Below, piece after piece: positions 20,343-29,730 of a DNA stretch of 64,000 bases (within the stretch, counting starts at the first letter, position 1; every line of letters begins with the position of its first letter). The position numbers and the translations under genes are program-made. The notes under the pieces were generated by a model. That model made no database searches. It was not told the DNA's origin and saw only the letters and a list, made by a program, of their open reading frames with translations. The stretch comes from Candidatus Brocadiia bacterium (GTDB lineage Bacteria; Planctomycetota; Brocadiia; SM23-32): positions 35,549 through 99,548 of the forward strand of contig JBKHIT010000008.1 of assembly GCA_046538485.1 (NCBI GenBank), written 5' to 3'.

Positions 20343-20687
20343 CGGAGTCTGCTGGTTTCGGATCACGCATCGGTCCGAAAACCCGGCAGTGAGTTCTGGG
20401 GAACGTCCAATCCCAAACCGGCAGCCCGTCGCGCACGCGGAGTTTGAGGATCTGCCCGAAATGCACCCTGTGTGCCAGCCTGAGGAAACGCCGGCACGGC
20501 GCCGGCAGATCCGATGCCCTTATCTGTTTGTTTGCTTCTGCCATGTTCCTGGTTCCACGTCGGACCATTGTAGCCCTCCGGTCCTCCTTCCTGAGAAAAA
20601 GAAAAGGCCCGCCTCCCTGCGGCCTTGCGGCCCGGGAGCGGACCCTAATTCGCGGATTTTGGCGGTAAAGGTATCTCTACCCTTTAG

Positions 20688-20931
20688 CCCGCTTTTCTCA
20701 AGCGGCGCCAGTGCTGCAGCTGCGCGGAAGCCAAGCGCAGGAGTATTTTCATACTTCAAGCGCAGGCTGACAAAGAAGATGCAGTGCTGGCGCCGTTCCC
20801 GAAGGGCGAACCGGCGTTTTCAGATTCAGAATACACCGTGTGTGCTGAGATCAGCCACTCAATGCAGTGTAACGTTTGTCTGTCGTGTCGTTTAGAATAA
20901 TACTGCTTTTAGCTTCGTGAGAAATGCGGGG
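20688..20931 (+). mobile_element. MITE-like non-autonomous element, copy F1 (244 bp)
   Basis: Terminal inverted repeats are CCCGCTTTTCTCAAG (left) and CGTGAGAAATGCGGGG (right; its reverse complement is CCCCGCATTTCTCACG). The first 43 nt are identical to copy F3 at 60547. It is abutted by ..TTAG| and |TAGA... No ORF with coding character. Confidence 0.75.
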
Positions 20932-21333
20932 TAGAAAACACATTTTCAGCGCCGTCCGGGCGCCGTAGCGTTAGCTGCCTCCTTTCAGGCTCCTGTCTTC
21001 TGGCGAAAATGCGTGCCTCCGGACCTAACTGGCCCGGCCGTCATTGTTGATGCGCGACGATATTAGCTGTTCATGTGTATAGTGTCAAGTCTTTTTTGAC
21101 GGGAGATCAGGTTTTTTTTGAGGAACTTGTTTGTAGTTAATGCTTTGCGGAGGACAAAAATATTGCTTTTATTTGCGATCAGGAATCGGCGGATTCGTGA
21201 CATGAACTGTTCACCGCATTATTTGCCTCTCACAACGTCCTACGGCCCGCAGATCCAGCACGAAAAATTCCGGGTGGGTAGAGAGGACATTTTGACAGGA
21301 AATTGAACATTTCATGCCATGAGGGGGAGACCT

Positions 21334-21996
21334 CTATCGGGCAATCTCAACGACAAGACCGGGTGGAAGTTCCTCCGCTTCACGGACTCGGCCATCGGGA
21401 CCGATCAGGGTCACGCCCTTGTCGGCCACCCCGCTTCGCTTCATCTGCAGGGGATATCCTCCCCCCACGGCGTTGCTGCCGACATTCCCGCTTATGATAT
21501 GGCTCTCGGGGCCGAGATGGGTTTTCGTCTCACCGAAAAGCACAAAATCACTCAGCGGCAGTTTCTTCTGCACCTTGCCCCCGGTGATTTCGTTCATATC
21601 ATTCACCGTCAGGGGCAGACGCTGGCCGTCTATGGTGGTGGCCTGCCAGTTGCCCACAGAATCCAGCTCCCAGCTTTGGCTGGCGACCGGATCCGGGATC
21701 TCGGTCTTATCGGCGCTCAGCTCCCCGCGTTTCCAGGTGGTAAGCCGGTCCAGCTCGTCGTAGCGGTAGAGCTCGCTACCCTGCGGGTCTCTCAGGTCCT
21801 CCTGGTAGAGCTTATTCCCCATCTCATCGTACCCGTAAGCGAAACCGACGATCAGAGTGCTATCTCTATTGTACCGTCGCTCGGTGATCCTGCCAAGTCC
21901 GTCGCGGGTGTTTGAGAGGGTGACGCCGTTGCCGAAAGTTCCCCCGTCGAGCAGGTTGCGGGAGTCGTAGCCCCTGAATCCCTTAGTGGTCCCATT
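21334..21996 (-). pseudogene. Orphan RHS / YD-repeat protein fragment (no start, no N-terminal or core-end parts)
   Basis: The frame is open from the stop at 21997-21999 down to 21334. Own translation upstream of the track ORF: NGTTKGFRGYDSRNLLDGGTFGNGVTLSNTRDGLGRITERRYNRDSTLIVGFAYGYDEMGNKLYQED..LYRYDELDRLTTW... These are YD repeats. Total length is only about 220 aa, whereas RHS proteins exceed 1000 aa. Confidence 0.65.
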
Positions 21997-22141
21997 TCAC
22001 CCACAAAATGGGTCGTTTGAGTCATATATAAGGGCTACTTTTGTCATAACCACTGCCTCGACAGCAACTTCGGTTGGTTCGACCCGGATGCGCTCCCACC
22101 GGATGCGCTCCCGGGTATAATCTCCTCTCCGGAAGTTAGCA

Positions 22142-22615
22142 CTATTTCAACAGGATATTGCTGCCCCGCATGACCCGCTCGCAGTAGGTACATCGGAGAG
22201 CGGGTGGGGTCTCTTCGATGACCTCGAAACGTGTCATTACACCTTCTTGATTGGTAATACAGCGTGGGTTCTGGCATTTCACGACACGTTCGATTTTGTC
22301 AGGGAGATGGACTTTAGATTTTTCCACCACTTCGAAATTGCTGATAATGTTGAGGGTCGCGTTGGGGGCGGCGACGGCGATTTTATTAACTTCATCGGGG
22401 GTTAGCTCGCGGTTTTCGATCTTGATGATGCCTTTATGGCCCAGTTTCTCGCTTTCCAGGTTCATCGCCACCAGCACAATATTATCTTCATCTCCCACTT
22501 TCAGCAGTTTGGCCACCTTGAAAGTCGCTTCGCTGTTGATGTGATCGATGACGGTCCCGTGCCGAATTGCCGAGACGTTCATTTCGGGTCTTTTGTTTTG
22601 CTCATTCATTTTCAT
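22142..22615 (-). CDS. pyrI: Aspartate carbamoyltransferase regulatory subunit
   Basis: ORF track, 157 aa. VSAIRHGTVIDHI plus the zinc domain CQNPRCITN...LRCTYCERV. It overlaps pyrB by 4 nt. Confidence 0.9.
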   Translation of the reverse strand: MKMNEQNKRPEMNVSAIRHGTVIDHINSEATFKVAKLLKVGDEDNIVLVAMNLESEKLGHKGIIKIENRELTPDEVNKIAVAAPNATLNIISNFEVVEKSKVHLPDKIERVVKCQNPRCITNQEGVMTRFEVIEETPPALRCTYCERVMRGSNILLK

Positions 22616-23532
22616 ACCTTCCCGAGAGCCATGGCCAGAAGCGCCTGTCGGATGGGGATACCATTTTTGGCCTGTTCGAAATAGACTGCGTAAGGCGTTT
22701 CGTCAACATCCTCCGCCAGCTCATCGACTCTTGGCAACGGATGCATTATTTTCAGCTCATCTTTCACGCCGCATTCTTCCAGCAGATTTCTATCGATGCG
22801 GTAGCTGCTTTTGACCTGTTCGTATTCCAGCCGGTCGGCGAACCGTTCTTCCTGGATGCGTGTGCAGTACAAAATGTCGAGTTCGGAGATAATTTCCGGC
22901 AATTCGCCGAATTCTTCGTAATTGATTTTCTTTTTATCAAGCTCATCCAGCATATGCCGCGGCACTTTGAGGCTTTCGGGGGAAATAAAGTACTGTTTCC
23001 CCTCAAAGTGCGAGAGTGCGTTTGAAAGTGAACGGACCGTCCGGCTATAACGCAAATCTCCCACGAATCCGACATTGAGCCCGTTCATTTTGTCGTGGAC
23101 TTTTTGGATCGTGTACAGATCGAGGAAGGTCTGAGTGGGATGCTGGTTGGCCCCATCTCCTCCATTCAATACCGGGATACCGGCAATCTGTTCGGCGAGC
23201 CGTGCCGCGCCCTCCCATGGATGCCGGATAGCAAGGATGTCGCAGTATCCGCCGATCATCCGGATCGTATCCGCGAGCGATTCTCCTTTTTTAAAAGAAC
23301 TTCGTTCCTTGTCACCAAAATCCAGAACCGAACCGCCCAGTTGCATCATGGCCGAGGCAAAGCTCAGCCGGGTTCGGGTGGACGGTTCCACGAACATAAT
23401 CCCCAGGACATAGCCGTCGAGCAGGTGGATCTGGGGTTTGCGCTCCATTTCACTGGCCGTATGGAGCACGGACATAATGGCATCGCGGTCAAAATCCCTG
23501 ATGCTGATCACGTTCTTGAAACCGTTACTCAT
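22612..23532 (-). CDS. pyrB: Aspartate carbamoyltransferase catalytic subunit
   Basis: ORF track, 306 aa. Shows FVEPSTRTRLSF, HPTQ and HPLPRVDEL motifs. Confidence 0.93.
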   Translation of the reverse strand: MSNGFKNVISIRDFDRDAIMSVLHTASEMERKPQIHLLDGYVLGIMFVEPSTRTRLSFASAMMQLGGSVLDFGDKERSSFKKGESLADTIRMIGGYCDILAIRHPWEGAARLAEQIAGIPVLNGGDGANQHPTQTFLDLYTIQKVHDKMNGLNVGFVGDLRYSRTVRSLSNALSHFEGKQYFISPESLKVPRHMLDELDKKKINYEEFGELPEIISELDILYCTRIQEERFADRLEYEQVKSSYRIDRNLLEECGVKDELKIMHPLPRVDELAEDVDETPYAVYFEQAKNGIPIRQALLAMALGKV

Positions 23533-23614
23533 GGCCCGTCCGCCTATCAGTTATCAGTCTTATTTCGCTTCTATCTCAATTAACGAGCATCGGAGTGTAC
23601 GCTTTTCACACTGA

Positions 23615-23642
23615 ATTATAATTTGCTCGCCCGGCATTGCAA
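23615..23642 (-). promoter_or_regulatory. Candidate sigma70-type promoter for pyrBI
   Basis: On the minus strand: TTGCAA (23642-23637), 16 nt, TATAAT (23620-23615), about 80 nt upstream of the pyrB ATG. Sequence match only. Confidence 0.4.
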
Positions 23643-23769
23643 ATGAGGGGCAAAATATACTCGTTTCGGCGCGGCGGAGGGAGCCGGAAGCCCGGTCGCT
23701 CGCTTGCGAAAATGCGCCTGTAGCCCGTATCCTGTCTTTTTGATAATACCAACGGAGGCGGAAAAAAGT

Positions 23770-24828
23770 ATGTGCTTCGAACGATTCAACAACAACCCGA
23801 TTATCACTCGAGCAGATCTGCAGGTTTCCCGAGATGGATTTGAGATATTCGGCGTCTTCAACTGCGGCGCGGTCAAAGTCGGCGGAGAATATTTGCTGCT
23901 CCTGCGGGTCGCTGAACGTCCAACCCCGGAGCGTGACTGGCTGAACATCCCCCTGTTGAATGAGACCTGCGACGATCTCAAAATACGAAGGATACGCGCC
24001 AACGCCCCCGGTATCGACGCAACCGACAGCCGGGTGGTGCGACTCGCAAATGGGCGGATTCTTCTGACGTCGATTTCCCATTTTCGGCTTGCCCGGAGCA
24101 AAGATGGGCGCACGTTCTCGGTCGATGAAAAGCCCGCCATGTTCCCTTCAACCGAATACGAACGTTACGGTATTGAGGATCCGCGTATTACATATCTCGA
24201 TGGCCAGTACTGGATAAGTTACAGCGCGATTTCTCCCCAGGGGGTCGCCACTGCTTTCGCTTCGACTACCGACTGGCGCAGTTTTAAGCGCCATGGAATC
24301 GTCTTCGCGCCCACCGATAAGGATGTGTGCCTTTTCCCGGAAAAGGTAGACGGACACTACGTGTGCCGACACCGACCCTGGGCGGAAGGAATCGGAGCCC
24401 CGGCTATCTGGACGGCCTACTCATCCGACCTGCAAAACTGGGGGGGACACAGTTTCACGATGGGACCACGGGAAAACCACTGGGACGAAGAACGTGTGGG
24501 GTGCGGAGCTCCCCCAATCCACACAGATGAGGGATGGCTCGAAATTTACCACGGCGCTAATATCGCCGGTCGATACTGCCTGGGGGCAATGCTATCGGAA
24601 ATCACTCAACCGGCACGCGTGATCGGGCAAAGTGAGAATCCCGTCCTGGAACCCACCGCTGAATATGAAACTCACGGCGTTTATTCTCCGTGCGTTTTCT
24701 CAAATGGAGCGATCGAGGAAAAAGACGGGACATTGCTTCTCTATTACGGCGCCGCCGATACGGTGACAGCCGGGGCATCGGCCACTATTGACGACCTGCT
24801 TAACACAATCGAGCGAAACGGCTTTTAA
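23770..24828 (+). CDS. Glycoside hydrolase family 130 protein (beta-mannoside phosphorylase/hydrolase-like)
   Basis: Track ORF 23704..24828, trimmed to ATG 23770 (GGAGGCGG upstream). MCFERFNNNPIITRADL..GVFNCGAVKVGGEYLLLLRVAE..GIEDPRITYLDGQYWISYSA..DKDVCLFPEKVDGHY is the GH130 pattern. Confidence 0.8.
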   Translation: MCFERFNNNPIITRADLQVSRDGFEIFGVFNCGAVKVGGEYLLLLRVAERPTPERDWLNIPLLNETCDDLKIRRIRANAPGIDATDSRVVRLANGRILLTSISHFRLARSKDGRTFSVDEKPAMFPSTEYERYGIEDPRITYLDGQYWISYSAISPQGVATAFASTTDWRSFKRHGIVFAPTDKDVCLFPEKVDGHYVCRHRPWAEGIGAPAIWTAYSSDLQNWGGHSFTMGPRENHWDEERVGCGAPPIHTDEGWLEIYHGANIAGRYCLGAMLSEITQPARVIGQSENPVLEPTAEYETHGVYSPCVFSNGAIEEKDGTLLLYYGAADTVTAGASATIDDLLNTIERNGF

Positions 24829-24869
24829 CCGTGCATAGATCTCGCAACATATTTCTTCACGTTCTTTCG

Positions 24870-26375
24870 ATGGGCTCTGGGCAGCGTTGGCCTCGATGGT
24901 GGAAAACCTGGCGCTGGACCCTAAAAAGACGGAGCCTGCTGATGCTTTTTGCCATTTTCGGGTTCGTCTACCCCGCGCTGATTCCCTGTCAGGGGGCCGA
25001 ATCGAAAGCCAAAACCATCTGTATAGAAGCGGAACACGCCAATTCGCTCCGTTACCCATTCGTCGTGGCTCGATTCGATAAAGCCTCCGGGAAACTGGGC
25101 CTGGCAATTCCTGAGGGAGCTGGCAGCATGGAATCTTTCGGGGGAGCACGCATTGCTGCAACTTACAATGTAAAATTGCCTGGACCCGGGAAATGGAGGG
25201 CGTGGTTGCGAGTAAAATGGCATGGTATCTGTAGCAATTCGATTTTTTTTGGCGTCGGGGAAGGAAAACTCCGCAAAGTCGCAGGCGGGTCCGCCAGGAA
25301 ATGGCAGTGGCTATCGGCCGGCAACTGGTCAATCAAGAAGCAAGATGTAGTTGTTCAGATTGTCGACCGTGAAGATGGGGTGGCCGTCGACCAGATTCTG
25401 TTTAGAAACAACCAGGCGCCGCCCGAGGAAATGGAAAAGCCCAATCTGATCCCCGGTTGTGGGACGGAAGATCTCCCGGCCCGCCTTTTTTTGGGAGTCG
25501 GCTCCGGCGGTCTGCCACCCACCGATTTCGCCCTGCACCACGGCCGGACCCACCCGCTTCCGCTCAAACCTATACCTCGTTTTATTGTTCAGAAAGGCCG
25601 AACGACACGTTTGGCGGCGTGGCTTCGTAACAATCCATGTTCTTCCGATCAGTTCTCGGTTTCTCTCAGCACTACGGCGCCAGTAGAGATACAACCGGGC
25701 CAAAGACAAACATTTGCTTTAGCTCCCCAAAGACCGCTTCGAAAATTGGATTTCCGGATTCTCCCGACGAAACACACGGCCCGCCGGACCTACCGAATGG
25801 CCATCAGACTCCGGCATCCAAATGGCAAGATCGAAACCCATAAAGTGTTGCTTGAGCGGCCTTTTCAATGGCTGGTCACCAACGCCATAGCTTGTCCCGA
25901 CTCTCTTGGGCTGGAAACCCCGAGTGGGATCGAGAATAAGCTCACCAACGGTTTCCCCGGACCCGCGGATGGCGTTAGCTGGCAGGTCGCCCCCTCTGAA
26001 AGCGTATCACGGTACGGTCTCCTCAACATGCGCAAGGCCGTCAAGAACAGCACCTATGTCATGGCTTACGCCTACACCTGTGTGCGATCTCCAGAAGAGG
26101 GGACTTTTCTCTTTGAGGTGCGACACGATGACATGATCAGAGTCTGGCTGAACGGGAAGAAGACATTCACAAGTCTTCAAAGCGCCCCTTCTTCGTTGAC
26201 ACGGAAATTAGTGAAAGTGCATTTAAATAAGGGCTTGAATCATATTCTGGTAAAAATCGCCCAAAAAAAGAATTACTGGGAATTTGGGCTCAGGATTCTT
26301 GATCTTAAAACGCTCCCGGCCCACGTGGAAGGCGTTCCGACCGAGAATCTGATTGTCAAAAGCAAAAAACCATGA
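24870..26375 (+). CDS. Secreted hypothetical protein: shared beta-sandwich-like domain plus C-terminal PA14/jelly-roll-like domain
   Basis: Track ORF 24831..26375; ATG 24870 gives a basic N-region plus hydrophobic signal (..KRRSLLMLFAIFGFVYPALIPCQGAES). The domain at 25014-25415 is paralogous to 16386-16847. C-terminal ...GTFLFEVRHDDMIRVWLNGKKTF... is PA14-like. Confidence 0.7.
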   Translation: MGSGQRWPRWWKTWRWTLKRRSLLMLFAIFGFVYPALIPCQGAESKAKTICIEAEHANSLRYPFVVARFDKASGKLGLAIPEGAGSMESFGGARIAATYNVKLPGPGKWRAWLRVKWHGICSNSIFFGVGEGKLRKVAGGSARKWQWLSAGNWSIKKQDVVVQIVDREDGVAVDQILFRNNQAPPEEMEKPNLIPGCGTEDLPARLFLGVGSGGLPPTDFALHHGRTHPLPLKPIPRFIVQKGRTTRLAAWLRNNPCSSDQFSVSLSTTAPVEIQPGQRQTFALAPQRPLRKLDFRILPTKHTARRTYRMAIRLRHPNGKIETHKVLLERPFQWLVTNAIACPDSLGLETPSGIENKLTNGFPGPADGVSWQVAPSESVSRYGLLNMRKAVKNSTYVMAYAYTCVRSPEEGTFLFEVRHDDMIRVWLNGKKTFTSLQSAPSSLTRKLVKVHLNKGLNHILVKIAQKKNYWEFGLRILDLKTLPAHVEGVPTENLIVKSKKP

Positions 26376-26514
26376 GGCAGACGCGACGTTTCCGAGGGCA
26401 CATGTTAAAATAGAAGCACGATCCTTTCGAACCACAAACAGGCTGGGAAAACGGAGTTTAGAAGCTTTTCCAGTGATGTTGCCGGTCTCTTCTGCGCTTA
26501 TTGGCAAAACTGAG

Positions 26515-28776
26515 ATGCTGAAACATCAGGTGAAAAACTTTTCGCGACCGAAACAGTCTCTGGGCATCGCAATCCTGACCATCGTGCTGTTACTTTCGGT
26601 CAATCTCAATGGGGCACCCGCAGAAAATCAGAACGAAAAAGGATATCTGGAACACGCCAGTGAACTGATCAACGAAAAGAAATACAACCAGGCCATTCTT
26701 TTGCTGAAGAAGAACCTCCGGGAAATGCCACTGGACTCGCCCCACTTGTTTCGCGCGCTGGGCCGCCTGAGAACAGCAACGAAGCTATCGTGGGAAGGTA
26801 ACCTTTACGCGTCCGAAATCCGCCGCCTTTTAAATCGAATCCCCGAATCCAACCCGGGAGACGAGCGGCGTCGCGAGATCCATCAGAAATTGCTGTGCCG
26901 CCTCGCGAAGCATCACTATGATCGACGAGAATCATTCGCAGCGATTGAGGTATATGAAAAAGCCCTGGAACTTTCGACGGGAAACGAAAAAACGCGGCTC
27001 AAAAAGCGCCTGGCGAGTTTGTACGAAGAAGTGGGGGAGTTCGAAAAAGCACTTGAAATCAGAAAACAACAGCTCGCTGAATCACCCGACAGCCGCGCCC
27101 AACTTCGGCAGGTTGCCAAGCTCTATTTCCGCCTCGGCCAACAGGAAAAAGGCCTGGAACTGGTACATGATCGGGAAAATCCGGCGCTCACAGCAAGCCT
27201 GGCCCGAGAGTTGTATCGCGCCAAATTCCTGAACGAAGCCGAGCAGCTTGCTCGCCACGCCCGCCGTAACGGACAAAATCTCGACCGGTTGCTGGCGCGG
27301 ATTCTGAAAGACCAGAAGAAATTCGATGAGGCGCTCTATCTCCTCACAGAACATTACCAGCAGATGAACCTTGAAAAACGCGGCACCTGGCGGGCACGCC
27401 GAACGGCCGAAGAAATAGCAGAGGTCCATCGTCATCGTGGCACACTTCCCGATGCCATCCTGAAAGCGGAAGAAAAACTTGCTGCCCTGCCTGAGGGCAA
27501 AGGACAAAGCCGGCAAAAATATCTGATACTCCTCTACAAGCTTCATGCAACCGCAGGGAACCACCAGAAAGCGCTCGAATACTGTCTCGCTTATCGAAAA
27601 TATCTCGACGAAAAAGACAAAAGACGTGTGGACAGTTGGATCGAAAAAGTGGGGCGCCCCGCCTTCCAGAGACTGCTATCGCGACGACAGATTGAAACGG
27701 CAGAGGAACTCCTGGCAAATCTCGAGAAAAAAGGCATCAGCGGCACCTGGCTGGACTGCTGTCGCTACCACCTGCTTCTGCAGAGCGGGCAAGCTGAGGA
27801 TGCCAGGTCATATCTGGCCAAACTGGAGAAAAAATGCGCCGATAAGGAATCGAAAATCTATGCTCTCGCCGAAGAATTCGCCAACTGGGGAAAAACAGCC
27901 GATTGCGTAAAACTCTGGGAAAACATTCTGGAATCAGAACCGCACAACAGCATCTACGATATCAATGCCCACGTCCGACTGGCGCGTTACCGCCTTGCAA
28001 AAGAACAATACAGCAAAGCTGTCGAGCATTTTGACGCCGTGAACCGAAGCCTGACCGAACGCAGCATGGCCATCCTCCACGAAGAGTACTTCCGGCGTCT
28101 TGAAATGAAAGCGCGCTACGGGGCGGCCGATAGAAACGGGGATATCCTCGCAAAATTCCTTCAGGATGCCCGCCCCGTCAAACGCAGGGCTGCCGTCTGG
28201 TTCCTCGGACGTGTCGGAGCACCCGAACACATCGAGAAGCTCAAAATGATCAGAAATGGTGCCTCTCCAAAACTGCTTTCACTCGTCGACGAAGCCATCA
28301 CTTTGATCCAAACTCGTCACCTGACTGGTGAAGATCAAAGGGGACCGCGCTCGGAAAAAGAGTTTCAAGACGAGCTGGCCAAAATCGGCAAGGTTCTGTG
28401 GATAAAGGAAGATCCGTTCGCCAAAAACCAGCTCTGGGCCGCTTTCACGCACCATTTCCTCGTCAGGGCCGAGCTTGAAAAAGGCAAGATGTATCGCTAT
28501 GAAGAAGAGATCCGATGGATCATCGACGGGGTTCCAGACGTCACGGCGGTCGCGTTTACGAAAAAACGAGTGTGGGTCGGCACCAATCACGGTCTCCTTT
28601 CCTACGATCGCCAACGGAGTATGTGGGATGTGTTCGCAATCGGCGAAGAACCCGTTGATGTAAAAGTGATCGACGTTTCGGCGCGGGAAGACGGTCTTTA
28701 TGTTACGATCGCCACAAACAAGGATAATAAAACGTGGATTTACCGACTTGAGAAGCGACGCTGGGAAAAACCTTAA
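26515..28776 (+). CDS. TPR/HEAT-repeat protein with signal anchor and a short propeller-like C-terminus
   Basis: Track ORF 26353..28776, trimmed to ATG 26515 (MLKHQVKNFSRPKQSLGIAILTIVLLLSVNLNG). It is helical-repeat-rich (AIEVYEKALEL.., ALEIRKQQL.., KALEYCLAY..). The HEAT-like segment is RRAAVWFLGRVGAPEHIEKL. The C-terminus has VWVGTNHGLLSYD. Confidence 0.7.
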   Translation: MLKHQVKNFSRPKQSLGIAILTIVLLLSVNLNGAPAENQNEKGYLEHASELINEKKYNQAILLLKKNLREMPLDSPHLFRALGRLRTATKLSWEGNLYASEIRRLLNRIPESNPGDERRREIHQKLLCRLAKHHYDRRESFAAIEVYEKALELSTGNEKTRLKKRLASLYEEVGEFEKALEIRKQQLAESPDSRAQLRQVAKLYFRLGQQEKGLELVHDRENPALTASLARELYRAKFLNEAEQLARHARRNGQNLDRLLARILKDQKKFDEALYLLTEHYQQMNLEKRGTWRARRTAEEIAEVHRHRGTLPDAILKAEEKLAALPEGKGQSRQKYLILLYKLHATAGNHQKALEYCLAYRKYLDEKDKRRVDSWIEKVGRPAFQRLLSRRQIETAEELLANLEKKGISGTWLDCCRYHLLLQSGQAEDARSYLAKLEKKCADKESKIYALAEEFANWGKTADCVKLWENILESEPHNSIYDINAHVRLARYRLAKEQYSKAVEHFDAVNRSLTERSMAILHEEYFRRLEMKARYGAADRNGDILAKFLQDARPVKRRAAVWFLGRVGAPEHIEKLKMIRNGASPKLLSLVDEAITLIQTRHLTGEDQRGPRSEKEFQDELAKIGKVLWIKEDPFAKNQLWAAFTHHFLVRAELEKGKMYRYEEEIRWIIDGVPDVTAVAFTKKRVWVGTNHGLLSYDRQRSMWDVFAIGEEPVDVKVIDVSAREDGLYVTIATNKDNKTWIYRLEKRRWEKP

Positions 28777-28790
28777 GAATCGGACAAATC

Positions 28791-29522
28791 ATGATTTCCG
28801 AATCCGACGGACATTATCTTTTCAAGGCCGATCGCACTGAAGCAGACCGGGTTTACCTCGACGAAAGCGAAACCCGGCATCTCCGTTCCGTTCTGCGCGT
28901 CCAGAAAGGCGATACCGCATTCGTCACGCTGGGTCAGGGCCATATTTATCGCGTCGAAATCGAGTCTTTTCGGGATGGTGGTTGTGTGGGAAAGGTCCGG
29001 GAAAAGCAGACGCAACGCGCCGTTGAACCACAAATGGATTTTTACGTCGGTCTCCCGGACAAAACGCGTTTTGATCAAATGCTGGAACTTGTTGTGCCAC
29101 TCGGGACTCGATCCGTAACCCCTGTCGAATGCGAATATTGTCAGAAAAAATGGTGGACAAAACGTTGGGCCAAAAAAGAAAAACGTTTCCAGCGCAAAAT
29201 CGTGGCTTCCGCCAAACAATCATGGAATGCCCGATTCCCAAGATTATCGTCCCCTTTGAGCTTTGACGCGTCTGTGGAGCGCGCTTCGGGTGAGCTTTTG
29301 CTTGCCGACCCCGAAGGCACGAAAGTAGAGGACGTGGAACTTCGCTCCGGGACAACCAATTCGTATTCCTGTTTTGTTGGCCCACCGGGAGGATTTTCGC
29401 CCGACGAAAAAGAAGCCCTGGAAACAAACGGCGCTGTGAAAATCTGGATTTCGCCTTTCAGATTACGGACCGAACTGGCCGCCGCGATCCTTGCCGGTTT
29501 GTTGGTCAGTCGCTTCGGATAA
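28791..29522 (+). CDS. rsmE: 16S rRNA (uracil1498-N3)-methyltransferase
   Basis: ORF track, 243 aa. Has the PUA-like N-terminus (ETRHLRSVLRVQKGD) and the SPOUT C-terminus (CFVGPPGGFSPDE...FRLRTELAA). Confidence 0.8.
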   Translation: MISESDGHYLFKADRTEADRVYLDESETRHLRSVLRVQKGDTAFVTLGQGHIYRVEIESFRDGGCVGKVREKQTQRAVEPQMDFYVGLPDKTRFDQMLELVVPLGTRSVTPVECEYCQKKWWTKRWAKKEKRFQRKIVASAKQSWNARFPRLSSPLSFDASVERASGELLLADPEGTKVEDVELRSGTTNSYSCFVGPPGGFSPDEKEALETNGAVKIWISPFRLRTELAAAILAGLLVSRFG

Positions 29523-29730
29523 GATACAGCAAATGACCGGGGCAAAGGAAAAAAGCAGAAAGATAAAAATGGAATTCAATCCTGATTTTGAAGAAGCTGT
29601 CCCGCATTTGAAAGCCTTCTGGCACGGTGAATTCATAGATCGACCATGCATGGATGTCACCGCACCTGAAACGCTCCGAGACTCTCGCCCATTGGGTAAA
29701 TCTGAATCCCGTCTTCGGAGGCTCTATCCC

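Noticed and set aside
20275-20568. 97-aa minus-strand ORF (..MAEANKQIRASDLPAPCRRFLRLAHRVHFGQILKLRVRDGLPV..)
   Set aside because: It overlaps the 3' end of the AKR gene by about 68 nt in convergent orientation and has no recognisable family. There is not enough support to call it a gene.
20140-20895. 251-aa ORF (and 60305..60688) sharing ..PLFSSGASAAAARK..
   Set aside because: Both read through the MITE copies. The shared peptide is a translation of the terminal repeat region, not a gene.
22084-22112. Tandem 15-bp duplication CCGGATGCGCTCCC(A/G) x2, downstream of pyrI
   Set aside because: There are only two copies and no spacers. It is neither a CRISPR array nor a meaningful VNTR, and is probably a slippage duplication.
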